Positions 7,878 to 17,453 of a DNA stretch of 32,000 nucleotides are shown here, in pieces. Position numbers and translations under genes: made by a program. Every line of letters starts with the position of its first letter. Positions within the stretch are counted from its first letter, which is position 1. This DNA is from Candidatus Iainarchaeum sp. (GTDB taxonomy: Archaea > Iainarchaeota > Iainarchaeia > Iainarchaeales > 0-14-0-20-30-16): contig JAQTTP010000001.1 in NCBI GenBank assembly GCA_028710695.1, forward strand, positions 1 through 32,000, read 5' to 3'. The notes below the pieces were generated by a model. It was not told the DNA's origin, did no database searches, and saw only the letters and a program-made list of their open reading frames with translations.

Positions 7878-9686
7878 ATGACAAAAATTTACTTTCGGCA
7901 CGACAACTACAGAGAGGAACAAAATGCCCTTGTAAAAGACATCGCAAAAGTCTTACAAGAAAACAAGACTGGGTTGTTTGAGGCGCCCACAGGGCTAGGA
8001 AAAACTGATGCTGCCCTTGCGACCGCAATTTCTTATACCGAAAAAAAAACTATTTTCTTTGTCACCCCAAAAACTTCACAGCATAAAATTGCTTTAGATG
8101 TTGTTAAAGGGTTGAACAGAAAGTATTCTCTTGATTTAAAGGCAGTAAACATACTTGGAAAACAAAAAATGTGCTCAGAAATCCCACTTATGAATAATGC
8201 ACGCGGGTTTTACGAGTTTTGTGAAAGCAAAATGAGAAGCAATAATTGCCAAGCATATAAAAATTTTAAAACCAAAAATTACAACAAAAATATTTTTCTT
8301 GAAAATGAATTAAGTGCAGAAGATATTCTAGAATTTGGAATTGGAAACAAAGTTTGTCCATACGAATTAGCAATAGAATTATGCAAAAAAGCAAATGTGA
8401 TAGTTTGTGACTACAATTATCTTTTCAATAATAAAATTCGTGAAGCATTTTTTCAAAAAACTGGCAAAGAATTGGGGGACAGTGTAATAATTGTAGATGA
8501 AGCACACAACTTGGCAGACAGGATTAGGTCTAATTCGTCTTATGCATTAAATAAAAAAATGATTGCGCAAGCAATAAAAGAAGCAGACATTATTGATAGT
8601 AAAGAGTTCTTAGAGCTTTCTGAAAAACTAAAGCAAGTCTCCGAATTGTTTAAAGAAAAATATAAAGATTCCGAGTTTTTGGTTGAAAAAGATTTGTTTA
8701 AGGATATTTTTTCAAAGTTTGAAGAATTACCAACATTGGAAGCTGAGCACATAAAAGAAATTGCAAAAAAAACAAAAGAAGGAGAATTAATTTTGCCTTA
8801 TGTTTATTCATTTTTTTCAAATTGGTTTGAAAATCACAAATCAATTATTAGATTTTTCAAAACAGAAAACGACAAAGATTATAATTTAGTTTTAAAATTT
8901 TTGGATCCATCTTTTGTAACAAAAACTGTTTTTGAAAATGCAAATTCGGCAATATTAATGTCTGGAACTCTTTCACCATTTAAAATGTATGTTGATATTT
9001 TGGGTTTACCAAAAGACACGCTTTGTTTTAAGTACAATAGCCCATTCCCAAAAGAAAATAAACTTGTAATGTATGATGATTCTTTTAGCACAAAATATGA
9101 ATTACGAAATAATCACGACACAGAAGAAATAACTAACAAAATTGCAAGTATAATAAATGAAATTTCTGGAAATGTTGCAATATTTTTACCATCACACGGC
9201 CTGGCTGCAGAATTTTATAATTCATTGTCCAGAAAAACTGTAAAAAAGATTTATATGCAAGATAAAAATGCACAAAAATCAAAAAAGATTGTGGATGATT
9301 TCAAAAAATCAAGAGGCTTGGGATCTGTACTTATTGGTGTTTTAGGAGGATCATTTTCTGAAGGATTAGATTTTCCCGGAGAAGAGCTTGTTGGTGTTTT
9401 CGTCTTAGGCATTCCATTTCCAGAGCCAACATTAGAAATTAAAGAATTGATAAAATATTATGACGAAAGATTCGGGAATGGCTGGAATTACGGATATACA
9501 TATCCAACAATTTCAAAAGTTGTGCAAGCCACAGGAAGAGTAATAAGAACACATACAGACAGAGGCTTTGTTGTGTTGATAGATCAACGTTATACTTGGA
9601 AAAAGTATTCTGATTTGCTCCCTGATGACTTAAGGCCAAACACTTTAATGTCAAACAAATTAATTGAAAGTTTTTTTAAGAATTAA
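7878..9686 (+). CDS. xpd: XPD/Rad3-family Fe-S DNA helicase
   Basis: 602 aa. Helicase motif I APTGLGKT, motif II DEAHNL, and four cysteines in the expected Fe-S insert (MCSE, FCES, NCQA, VCPYE). Confidence 0.9.
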   Translation: MTKIYFRHDNYREEQNALVKDIAKVLQENKTGLFEAPTGLGKTDAALATAISYTEKKTIFFVTPKTSQHKIALDVVKGLNRKYSLDLKAVNILGKQKMCSEIPLMNNARGFYEFCESKMRSNNCQAYKNFKTKNYNKNIFLENELSAEDILEFGIGNKVCPYELAIELCKKANVIVCDYNYLFNNKIREAFFQKTGKELGDSVIIVDEAHNLADRIRSNSSYALNKKMIAQAIKEADIIDSKEFLELSEKLKQVSELFKEKYKDSEFLVEKDLFKDIFSKFEELPTLEAEHIKEIAKKTKEGELILPYVYSFFSNWFENHKSIIRFFKTENDKDYNLVLKFLDPSFVTKTVFENANSAILMSGTLSPFKMYVDILGLPKDTLCFKYNSPFPKENKLVMYDDSFSTKYELRNNHDTEEITNKIASIINEISGNVAIFLPSHGLAAEFYNSLSRKTVKKIYMQDKNAQKSKKIVDDFKKSRGLGSVLIGVLGGSFSEGLDFPGEELVGVFVLGIPFPEPTLEIKELIKYYDERFGNGWNYGYTYPTISKVVQATGRVIRTHTDRGFVVLIDQRYTWKKYSDLLPDDLRPNTLMSNKLIESFFKN

Positions 9687-9700
9687 TTTTTGGCAAGCAA

Positions 9701-10474
9701 TTATAAAACTAGTACAGAAAGGATAACTCCAAACAAAATAAATGGGCCGAAAACTGGGAGATTTCTGTAAACTATTACTTCTGCAATCTTGTTTTCTTTT
9801 AATTTTGCCAATAACTTTTTATCGAAAAGCTTTGTGCCTGATTTGCCTAAACATTGCATATCTATAATGTCATCTTCTAGAATTTTATCTACTTTTATTT
9901 TGTGTGAAAAATCAAGATAAAAGTATTTCTGGAAAAGCAAAACAAATAAACAAACAAATAATAACAAGGCCGCAAGAATAGCCAATTCAACCCTATAAGA
10001 AAGAATTAAAAAAAACCCGCTTGCAAGACCAACCAATAAAGCAAGACAAAAATATATGGCTGTTTTTGCAATACCTTCTTTTAAATAATATTTTTTTGAA
10101 AAGAATGAATAAAAGAATTTGAATCCAAAGAATAATCCTGCTGACGCAGCCGCAACAAAAAACACTGGCAAAATAAACACAAATTTACCATACATTGGAA
10201 CAAGCAAGGAAAGACCCATAAAATATTTTATGTCCCCCCCACCAATTTTTCCATATCTGTAAAGAGGATAAAATATTACAAATACTGCGGCAGCGGAAAT
10301 CAAGCCAATATACCACGAACTTTTAAACGGAAGCAAAATCAGCCCAGCAATAATCATTGGATAGGTTATCCAGTCATAAATGTAAGTTGTTTTGTAATCA
10401 AAATAAGCAGCAAGAGAAGAAAAGAAAACAGTTAATCCAATTGAAATAAGTGTAACTATATCCATTTCAGTCAC
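9701..10474 (-). CDS. A24-family prepilin/preflagellin peptidase (FlaK/PibD-like)
   Basis: 257 aa, polytopic membrane protein. It has an N-proximal Asp region (YFDYKTTYIYDWITYP) and a GGGDIKY (GxGD) motif. Its start overlaps the srp54 stop by 4 nt. Confidence 0.85.
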   Translation of the reverse strand: MTEMDIVTLISIGLTVFFSSLAAYFDYKTTYIYDWITYPMIIAGLILLPFKSSWYIGLISAAAVFVIFYPLYRYGKIGGGDIKYFMGLSLLVPMYGKFVFILPVFFVAAASAGLFFGFKFFYSFFSKKYYLKEGIAKTAIYFCLALLVGLASGFFLILSYRVELAILAALLLFVCLFVLLFQKYFYLDFSHKIKVDKILEDDIIDMQCLGKSGTKLFDKKLLAKLKENKIAEVIVYRNLPVFGPFILFGVILSVLVL

Positions 10475-11823
10475 TTTAATTTAAATTTCATCTTCTTTCT
10501 TTGCATTTTCATTATTTTTTTATCAAAGCCAAGTTTGGACATCATTTCTTTTGGATCCAAATTATCTTTTTCTGACAAAGAGCCAAGATTTTCTGCATTT
10601 GAAAACATATCTTTCATCATGTTGTACTGCTTTAGTAGATCTCTAACATCTTTTTCGTATGTTCCAGAACCTTTTGCAATTCTGTTTACTCTACTGCTCT
10701 TCAAAACATCTGGGTTTTTTCTTTCATACTCAGTCATACTGTCCAAAATGTGTTCATATTTTTTGAATTTATCATCTGCCATATCCATTACATTCTTGTC
10801 TATTTTTCCAATACCCAACATGCCCGCAAGTTTTGTAAAAGATCCAGCTTTTTTCAGAGTTTTCATCTGCTTTTTGAAATCATTTAGATCAAAATGTTTT
10901 AAGTTTAAGTCTCCAGATTCTAAATCAGAAAACTTTTCCATTAACTCTTGCAGATCACCATAACCCATTATTTTTGACAAATAACGTACTGGGTCAAAAG
11001 TAGTAATATCTTCTAATTTTTCACCAGTTCCAATAAAATAAACTGGCGCTTTTGTTTTTTTACAAGCAATTAGGGCAGATCCACCTTTTCCAGATCCATC
11101 CATTTTTGTTATTACAATTCCATTAATGTCCAAAATAGACGAAAATCCATCAACTTCTTTTTTTGCTATCTGGCCTATATCTGCAGACAAAACTAAAAAA
11201 GAATAATCAGGTTTAAACAAGTTATTTATTTTTGAAAGTTCTTGTTTCAATTCATCATCAAGAGAACTTCGGCCTGCAGAATCCAAAATAATTAAATCAC
11301 ATTTTGAAAGTTCTTTTAGCCCATTTTTAACAATTGAACCAATATCTTTTGAAGTTTCAGAATAAGAAATTGTGTCCAAATTATTTTTTTTAATGCTTTG
11401 GACTATTTGTTCATAAGCACCAGGCCTGTAAATATCTGCGCCGATTATTCCTACTTTTTTATTAAATTTTTTACTATAATAATTTGCTAATTTTACTGCA
11501 GAGGTTGTTTTTCCACTACCATACAAACCACACAATAAGATTCTTTTGGGATTTTGTGGAATTTCTGCAGTTGTTCCAAATATTTCTGCCAATAAATCGT
11601 ATACTTTTTTTATAAAATATTCTTTTGGACTTATTTCATCGGGAACTTTTTCGCTTGCAAGGTTTTCAACTTGCTTAGATAAATCAAATACAACTTCGAT
11701 ATCAACGTCAGAGGCAATTAAAGTTCTTTGCAATTCTTTGTTAAATTCTGCAATGTTATCCTTTGTTAAGAACTGCTTACTAGAGAACTTGTCAAATATT
11801 TCCCTTAATTTATCTCCAAGCAT
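10471..11823 (-). CDS. srp54: signal recognition particle protein SRP54
   Basis: 450 aa. NG domain with GLYGSGKTT, DSAGR and TKMDG motifs, plus a Met-rich C-terminal M domain. Confidence 0.95.
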   Translation of the reverse strand: MLGDKLREIFDKFSSKQFLTKDNIAEFNKELQRTLIASDVDIEVVFDLSKQVENLASEKVPDEISPKEYFIKKVYDLLAEIFGTTAEIPQNPKRILLCGLYGSGKTTSAVKLANYYSKKFNKKVGIIGADIYRPGAYEQIVQSIKKNNLDTISYSETSKDIGSIVKNGLKELSKCDLIILDSAGRSSLDDELKQELSKINNLFKPDYSFLVLSADIGQIAKKEVDGFSSILDINGIVITKMDGSGKGGSALIACKKTKAPVYFIGTGEKLEDITTFDPVRYLSKIMGYGDLQELMEKFSDLESGDLNLKHFDLNDFKKQMKTLKKAGSFTKLAGMLGIGKIDKNVMDMADDKFKKYEHILDSMTEYERKNPDVLKSSRVNRIAKGSGTYEKDVRDLLKQYNMMKDMFSNAENLGSLSEKDNLDPKEMMSKLGFDKKIMKMQRKKMKFKLK

Positions 11824-11875
11824 ATAATATCTGTATGATAGATAATTAATAAAAAGAATTGGTCTATATTTATAT

Positions 11876-12766
11876 ATGCCTAAACCTTTGAAAATTGGAA
11901 GAGAAAGAATTACTTGTGGGAATGAAATTATATCCCGGAGGCAGGGAAGAAAACTTATCGAACTTATGAGGCGACATCAAGACCATGGAGAAGTAGTTCC
12001 GCTATTAAAGAAAGTAGGGCAATATGTAAGAGTAAAAACAGTACAATTTTCAAATCCAGCAAAGTTAATAGTACATAATTCTACCGGATCACTACACAAT
12101 GCCGCTTTATGGAGTACTATTAAACTGTATATTTCAAATATCCGAAAAAGGGATCCGAGAACACTTCCTATTCTTTTAAATGAATTGGCAGAAACATTGA
12201 GGACCGCAAATGCAAGTATAGATTTAGGAACAGCAAGAATTACTTCTAACAAGAAAGAAAACGGCGCGAATTTACAACTTATTTTGGGGGAGCTAGAGAA
12301 AAGGGATGCTTTTGTGTACAAATGGGGAATTCCCGAGATATATGCTCAAAAAGAATCAAACACAACAATATTGGATTTACATTCTCATCCAGAAAGATCT
12401 CCTTTTTCTTTGGGGGATTTAACACTTGCGCTAAATCAAGATAATAATGTGGGCATAATAATTCCGCACAGAAATTCATATGAATTAATTGTAATTCCAG
12501 GAAAAGCTGGGTTAGAAAAAGCAATTATACTATATAAAATAAGACTAAACTACATAGAACAAGAAATTGCACGAGGCAGAAGGCCTTTACAAACAGAACT
12601 ACGTGGAATTACAAATTATTTTTCTTTTTTAAGAACATTTTTACGAAAACAGTTAGTCAGAAAACGGCTCTCTTACGAGGAATACAAAAGAGCAATCACT
12701 ATTTTAGATACCCCCACAAAAGCATTTAATCTAAAACAATTAAGGGAATTAAATATTGCAAAATAA
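11876..12766 (+). CDS. basic orphan protein with a JAMM/MPN+-like motif
   Basis: 296 aa. Residues H169-D181 read HSHPERSPFSLGD (nt 12380-12418). This resembles the JAMM signature HxHx7SxxD with a spacer one residue shorter. The rest of the protein is unrecognised. Confidence 0.55.
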   Translation: MPKPLKIGRERITCGNEIISRRQGRKLIELMRRHQDHGEVVPLLKKVGQYVRVKTVQFSNPAKLIVHNSTGSLHNAALWSTIKLYISNIRKRDPRTLPILLNELAETLRTANASIDLGTARITSNKKENGANLQLILGELEKRDAFVYKWGIPEIYAQKESNTTILDLHSHPERSPFSLGDLTLALNQDNNVGIIIPHRNSYELIVIPGKAGLEKAIILYKIRLNYIEQEIARGRRPLQTELRGITNYFSFLRTFLRKQLVRKRLSYEEYKRAITILDTPTKAFNLKQLRELNIAK

Positions 12767-12786
12767 AAAAAGAAAAAATAAAACCC

Positions 12787-13488
12787 CTACTCAAATTTAG
12801 GAGGGTCTTCAAAATAATATTTTACTGTTGCTTTTAACAAACCAAGATAAATTGGTTCCTCTTCTTTTCTTAGGCTTGCAAAGTTGATTTTTACAACTGT
12901 GTCTTTGTCCTTTTTTTCAATAGAATAATTTTTTATTTTTTCTTTTGGCAAAGCCGCAGAAATAAATTTTTCTATTCTTTCTTTACCAGTTGGAATTAAT
13001 TTTAATTTATAATAAACTTCTATTTTGTGGTTTGCAAACGGAGAATTAAAATCTACTAGAACTCTTCCACCAGTAACACTTTTTACAGTTCCAACTCTGC
13101 CATCGGCATTAACTTGTAGCCCAACAAAAGGGTTAATTTTATTGTCTCTAAAATCGCTAGCAGCAATTACTCTTAGCAATTCTGCTTTTCTTATTCCATA
13201 TGCATCTTTAGGTTCTAAAACTAGGTAAAATTCTTCTCCAACTTTTAGAGTTTTTAATTTTTCTTCAGTTTTTCTAAAAGCAGAACCAACACCTTCTAGA
13301 ACTACTTTTTCACCATTGAAAAACAAGGCAGGATTATTTGATTTTACATTACTTTCAATAACTTTTCCAACAGTCAAATCTTTAATGTAATAGTCAACAA
13401 CATAAATTCCTTTGACTTCTTTCTTAACGTCTTTTTTTGATTCCACTTTAACACTTTCTTTATTTTCTTCTTGTTTCTTTACTACCAT
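12787..13488 (-). CDS. FKBP-type peptidyl-prolyl cis-trans isomerase (archaeal long, SlyD-like form)
   Basis: 233 aa. FKBP core ending in PKDAYG, an insert-in-flap region, and GGRVLVDFNSPFANHKIEVYYKL matching the VDFNHPLAGK-type motif. Confidence 0.8.
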   Translation of the reverse strand: MVVKKQEENKESVKVESKKDVKKEVKGIYVVDYYIKDLTVGKVIESNVKSNNPALFFNGEKVVLEGVGSAFRKTEEKLKTLKVGEEFYLVLEPKDAYGIRKAELLRVIAASDFRDNKINPFVGLQVNADGRVGTVKSVTGGRVLVDFNSPFANHKIEVYYKLKLIPTGKERIEKFISAALPKEKIKNYSIEKKDKDTVVKINFASLRKEEEPIYLGLLKATVKYYFEDPPKFE

Positions 13489-13499
13489 TAAATCACCTA

Positions 13500-15014
13500 T
13501 TATTTTTTTACCTTTTTATCATCAACTTCAATTCCTTCAGGCCTCAATAAAGGGAATATTACACATTCTCTCATTGGCCTATTCATTAATGTTGCAAATA
13601 ATCTTTCTGAAACACCAAATCCACATGCCGGCGGCATACCATATTTCAAGGCTTCAATGAAATCTTTATCATGGTCTTGCGCTTCAACATCGCCTTGTGC
13701 TTTTAACTTGGCTTGTCTCTCAAATCTTCCTTCTTGGTCAATTGGATCATTTAATTCAGAATAACCATTTCCAATTTCGCTTCCAGCAAGGATAACTTGG
13801 AACTGTTCAACTTTTCTTGGATCCTCTTTTTTTCTTTTTGCAAGAGGAGATAATTCAACTGGTTGGCCAACTAAAAATCCAGGGCCAGACAATTGCTTTC
13901 TACAATGTTTCCACAGAACATCAATTAATCTCCATTTGTCTACTTTTGGATCATACACCATACCAAGTTCATCAAGTTTTTTCTTTATTTCTTTTTCTGT
14001 TGCTTTGTAAATATCAATTCCTGTTTTTTCTTTTATAACTTTTTCAAAGTCATATTTTTCCCATTTTTTTGACATATCTACTTTGTAACCTTTTGATTCA
14101 AATTTCAATGTCCCTAAAACTGCTTTTGTTACTTCTTTATACATCTCTTCAACTAATTCCATTCCGTTGTCATAATTTGCATAGCCCCAATAAAATTCCA
14201 TTTGGGTATAATCCTGCAAATGCTCCATATCCATTCCTTCATTTCTAAATTGCCTACCAAGTTCAAATGTTTTTTCATAGCCGGCAACTAGAAGTCTTTT
14301 TTGCCACAATTCACCCATTGAAATACGCAAATAAACATTAATGTCCAAAGCGTTATGGTGTGTTTTAAATGGTTCTGCTGATGCACCACCTGCGGAATTC
14401 TCAAGCACAGGAGTTTCAACTTCCAAAAATCCGTTTTTAACTAAAAAGTTTCTAATTGTGCCCCAAAAAATCTGTTTTTTTACAAATAATTCTTTTACTT
14501 CTTGGTCCATTATTATGTCCAAATATCTTTTTCTAAATTTGTCTTCTTCATCTTTTAAACCATGAAATTTATCTGGCAATGGCAAGATAGATTTTGAAAG
14601 AATTTGCAATTCATTTGCCAAAACAGAAAGTTCTCCTGTTTTTGTTTGCATTACTTCTCCCTTAACACCAATTATGTCCCCGGCATCTGTTTTTTTGAAC
14701 AATGCCATTGTTTTTTCAGGTGTTTCGTCCTTTTGAAAAATTACTTGAATAAATCCTTTAAAATCTTGCAATTTAACGAAATTTAGCTTTCCAAACTCTC
14801 TTTTCGTCATCATTCGGCCAGCAACAACAACTGTTTTTCCGCTTTTTTCATCATTTTTAAGTTTAGAAAAATCCCCAATAATATCAGAAGTCCAAACACG
14901 TTTTCCAGTAATTTCGAACTTACTTGGGAATGATTCAATTCCTTCAGCGTTCATATCAGCTATTTTCTTTAGCCTTTGATCAACAATTTGCTGTCCTCTT
15001 CCTTTTGATTCCAT
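13500..15014 (-). CDS. lysS: lysyl-tRNA synthetase, class II
   Basis: 504 aa. N-terminal OB anticodon-binding region, class IIb motif 2 (FRNEGMD...MEFY), and a C-terminal ALKYGMPPACGFGVSERL...FP motif typical of LysRS-II. Confidence 0.9.
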   Translation of the reverse strand: MESKGRGQQIVDQRLKKIADMNAEGIESFPSKFEITGKRVWTSDIIGDFSKLKNDEKSGKTVVVAGRMMTKREFGKLNFVKLQDFKGFIQVIFQKDETPEKTMALFKKTDAGDIIGVKGEVMQTKTGELSVLANELQILSKSILPLPDKFHGLKDEEDKFRKRYLDIIMDQEVKELFVKKQIFWGTIRNFLVKNGFLEVETPVLENSAGGASAEPFKTHHNALDINVYLRISMGELWQKRLLVAGYEKTFELGRQFRNEGMDMEHLQDYTQMEFYWGYANYDNGMELVEEMYKEVTKAVLGTLKFESKGYKVDMSKKWEKYDFEKVIKEKTGIDIYKATEKEIKKKLDELGMVYDPKVDKWRLIDVLWKHCRKQLSGPGFLVGQPVELSPLAKRKKEDPRKVEQFQVILAGSEIGNGYSELNDPIDQEGRFERQAKLKAQGDVEAQDHDKDFIEALKYGMPPACGFGVSERLFATLMNRPMRECVIFPLLRPEGIEVDDKKVKK

Positions 15015-15100
15015 GATAAAAATATTGGGGTATAGGATTTATAAATGATTGCTACAAGTAATATATATAATACTTAACTGTAACACTTACTGGGATAAAC

Positions 15101-15508
15101 ATGGAAAATTACGACAAATTATTAGACAAGGCTTTTGAAAAAATCAAATCTAGCAAAGAAACTGAGGGCCGTTTCGAACTTATAGAACCTGACTCTTTAA
15201 TTCAAGGAAAAAAGACATTAATTAAAAATTTACAAGCAATTGCAAAAAATTTAAACAGAGACATAAACCACATTGCAAAATATTTTGCAAAAGAAACTGG
15301 TGCTGTTGGAAATTTGGATGGTGGAAAATTAATACTTAATAGTGCAATTTTACAAACAAAAATAAAATTGATTTACAATAATTATCTTGATGCTTATGTT
15401 TTTTGTAAACAATGTAAAAAACCAGACACAAAATTCCTGACTGAAAAAGGAGCACAAGTAATTAAATGTGAAGCTTGCGGTGCAATGACTTCAGTAAAAA
15501 AGATTTGA
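15101..15508 (+). CDS. eif2b: translation initiation factor aIF2 beta subunit
   Basis: 135 aa. Conserved core and C-terminal zinc ribbon CKQCKKPDT...CEACG. Confidence 0.9.
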   Translation: MENYDKLLDKAFEKIKSSKETEGRFELIEPDSLIQGKKTLIKNLQAIAKNLNRDINHIAKYFAKETGAVGNLDGGKLILNSAILQTKIKLIYNNYLDAYVFCKQCKKPDTKFLTEKGAQVIKCEACGAMTSVKKI

Positions 15509-15517
15509 GGTGAATAG

Positions 15518-15829
15518 TTGACAGAAGAAATTTCAAATGAATTTAGTTTAAAGATGCCAAACCAAAAAAACAACGAGCATTTAGCAATTGTAACTTTACA
15601 AACTGGTGCTGAATTTTTAAAAGCAATGTGCGACGACAAGATAGAAAGATCTTGTAGAGTTCCTGGAAGATTAAGAAGAAAAATTTGGCTAAGAGAAAAT
15701 GATGTAGTTATAATAAAAATTTGGGAGTATGATCCAAAAAAAGCAGATATTATTTGGAAGTATTACCCACACCAAGTAAAAAGATTAAGAGCAACAGGCG
15801 CCTTACAAGGAATAGATATTCCTGAATGA
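15518..15829 (+). CDS. eif1a: translation initiation factor aIF1A
   Basis: 103 aa. OB-fold signature RVPGRLRRKIWLRENDVVIIKIWEYD...KADIIWKY. The TTG start at 15518 lies 4 nt after a strong SD, GAGGTGA (15507-15513). Confidence 0.88.
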   Translation: MTEEISNEFSLKMPNQKNNEHLAIVTLQTGAEFLKAMCDDKIERSCRVPGRLRRKIWLRENDVVIIKIWEYDPKKADIIWKYYPHQVKRLRATGALQGIDIPE

Positions 15830-15856
15830 TTTAGGCCTTGCAACTATGTGATATTT

Positions 15857-17446
15857 ATGGACGTTAAACCAGTAGTTTCTAAACATTTCAAAGATTACAG
15901 CCTAATAAAGCCAAAAAATAAAGGCTTTGGAGATTTAACAATTGTAATAAAAGAGCCTGAAGAAAAAAAGATTAAAATCTTGAAAAAAGATCTTGAAAAG
16001 TTTGAGGGAATCGAAAAGGTTGAACAAAAAGGGCTATTTCTAAACATTTTTTACGAACCAATCCCATATTTTTATAATTCTAAAAAAACAAAAAAAGGCA
16101 ATGTAAAAACAATGATAGAATATTCTCAACCAAACCCAAATAAAGAAATGCATGTTGGCCACTTAAGAGGCGCGATATTGGGGGAGGCACTAGCAAGAAT
16201 AGTTGAACAAAGGCAAACAGTAATTAGGGCAACATTGTACAACGATAAAGGCATACATATGTCAAAAACAATTTTGGGATATTTAGAAAATAAAAACAAA
16301 AAAGAAGATACTCCAAAGTTCATCAATGATTGTTATACGATTTATTCTAAATTAGAGGAACAAGATGAAAAATATAAAGACCTTGCTCAAGAAATTTTGG
16401 TTAAATGGGAAAACAAAGACAAAGAAACTTGGAAAATCTGGCAGAACATAAGAGATATTTCAATTAAAGGTTTCCATGATGTTTACAGATTGTTAGACAT
16501 TAAATTTGATGCGGAATATTATGAAAGCGAAGTTTATGAAGCAGGAAGAAAGGCAGTTCTTGAAAAATACAACGAGGGAATTGTAGAAATTGACAGAAGT
16601 GGAAATTATATAGTAAGATTAGATTCTTTACCAGAAAAAGTTGTTTTAAGGGCAGATAATACGACAATTTATGCCACCGCAGACATTGCACTTACTGAAA
16701 AAAAGTTTACTGATTATAATTTAGACAGAAGTATTACAGTTACAGATAATGCACAAAATTTATACTTCAAACAGCTTGCAGAAATTCTAAAAAAATTCAA
16801 ATATAATTTTGGGGATAAATTCGAGCACGTAGGATATGGCACAGTAACTTTAAAAACCGGAAAAATGAGCAGCAGAAAAGGAAATATAATTACTGTTTTT
16901 GATTTTTACAATACTTTATTTGCAGAGGCATATAAACAAACAAAAGGAAAGAGGCCAGATTTATCAGAAAAAGAAGTTAATGCTATTGCAGAAGGCGTTA
17001 CTTTAGCAGCAATGAAATATTACATTCTAAAATACGATGCAAAAGTAGATATGGTTTTTGACTTAGAAAAAAGTTTGGACTTAAAAGGTGACACAGGCCC
17101 GTACTTGTTGTACAATTATGTAAGAACAAAAAGTATTATAGAAAAATCAAAAATAAAACCGACAACAATCACAGAAGTATACACAGAAAAAGAAAAAGAA
17201 GTTCTAAGAATGCTTTCAGAATTCAATACAAAAATCGATGACTGTGTTAAGCATTTGACAACACATTTCTTAGCAAAATATTTGTATGATTTGACTTCTT
17301 TATTGAATTCTTATTATGAAGAAACAAAAATAATTGACAACGATCTCAAAAAAATGAAGAATAGAATTTCTTTGTTGAATGAGGCAAATTCCATAATAAA
17401 AGATGGGTTAAATTTATTAGGAATAAAAGTAGTTGAAGAAATTTAA
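15857..17446 (+). CDS. argS: arginyl-tRNA synthetase
   Basis: Class I HIGH-type motif (PNPNKEMHVGHLRG), an MSSRKG (KMSKS-like) motif and a C-terminal anticodon-binding (DALR-type) domain. The track starts at GTG 15848; I prefer the ATG at 15857 (MDVKP). Confidence 0.9.
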   Translation: MDVKPVVSKHFKDYSLIKPKNKGFGDLTIVIKEPEEKKIKILKKDLEKFEGIEKVEQKGLFLNIFYEPIPYFYNSKKTKKGNVKTMIEYSQPNPNKEMHVGHLRGAILGEALARIVEQRQTVIRATLYNDKGIHMSKTILGYLENKNKKEDTPKFINDCYTIYSKLEEQDEKYKDLAQEILVKWENKDKETWKIWQNIRDISIKGFHDVYRLLDIKFDAEYYESEVYEAGRKAVLEKYNEGIVEIDRSGNYIVRLDSLPEKVVLRADNTTIYATADIALTEKKFTDYNLDRSITVTDNAQNLYFKQLAEILKKFKYNFGDKFEHVGYGTVTLKTGKMSSRKGNIITVFDFYNTLFAEAYKQTKGKRPDLSEKEVNAIAEGVTLAAMKYYILKYDAKVDMVFDLEKSLDLKGDTGPYLLYNYVRTKSIIEKSKIKPTTITEVYTEKEKEVLRMLSEFNTKIDDCVKHLTTHFLAKYLYDLTSLLNSYYEETKIIDNDLKKMKNRISLLNEANSIIKDGLNLLGIKVVEEI

Positions 17447-17453
17447 TTTTATC

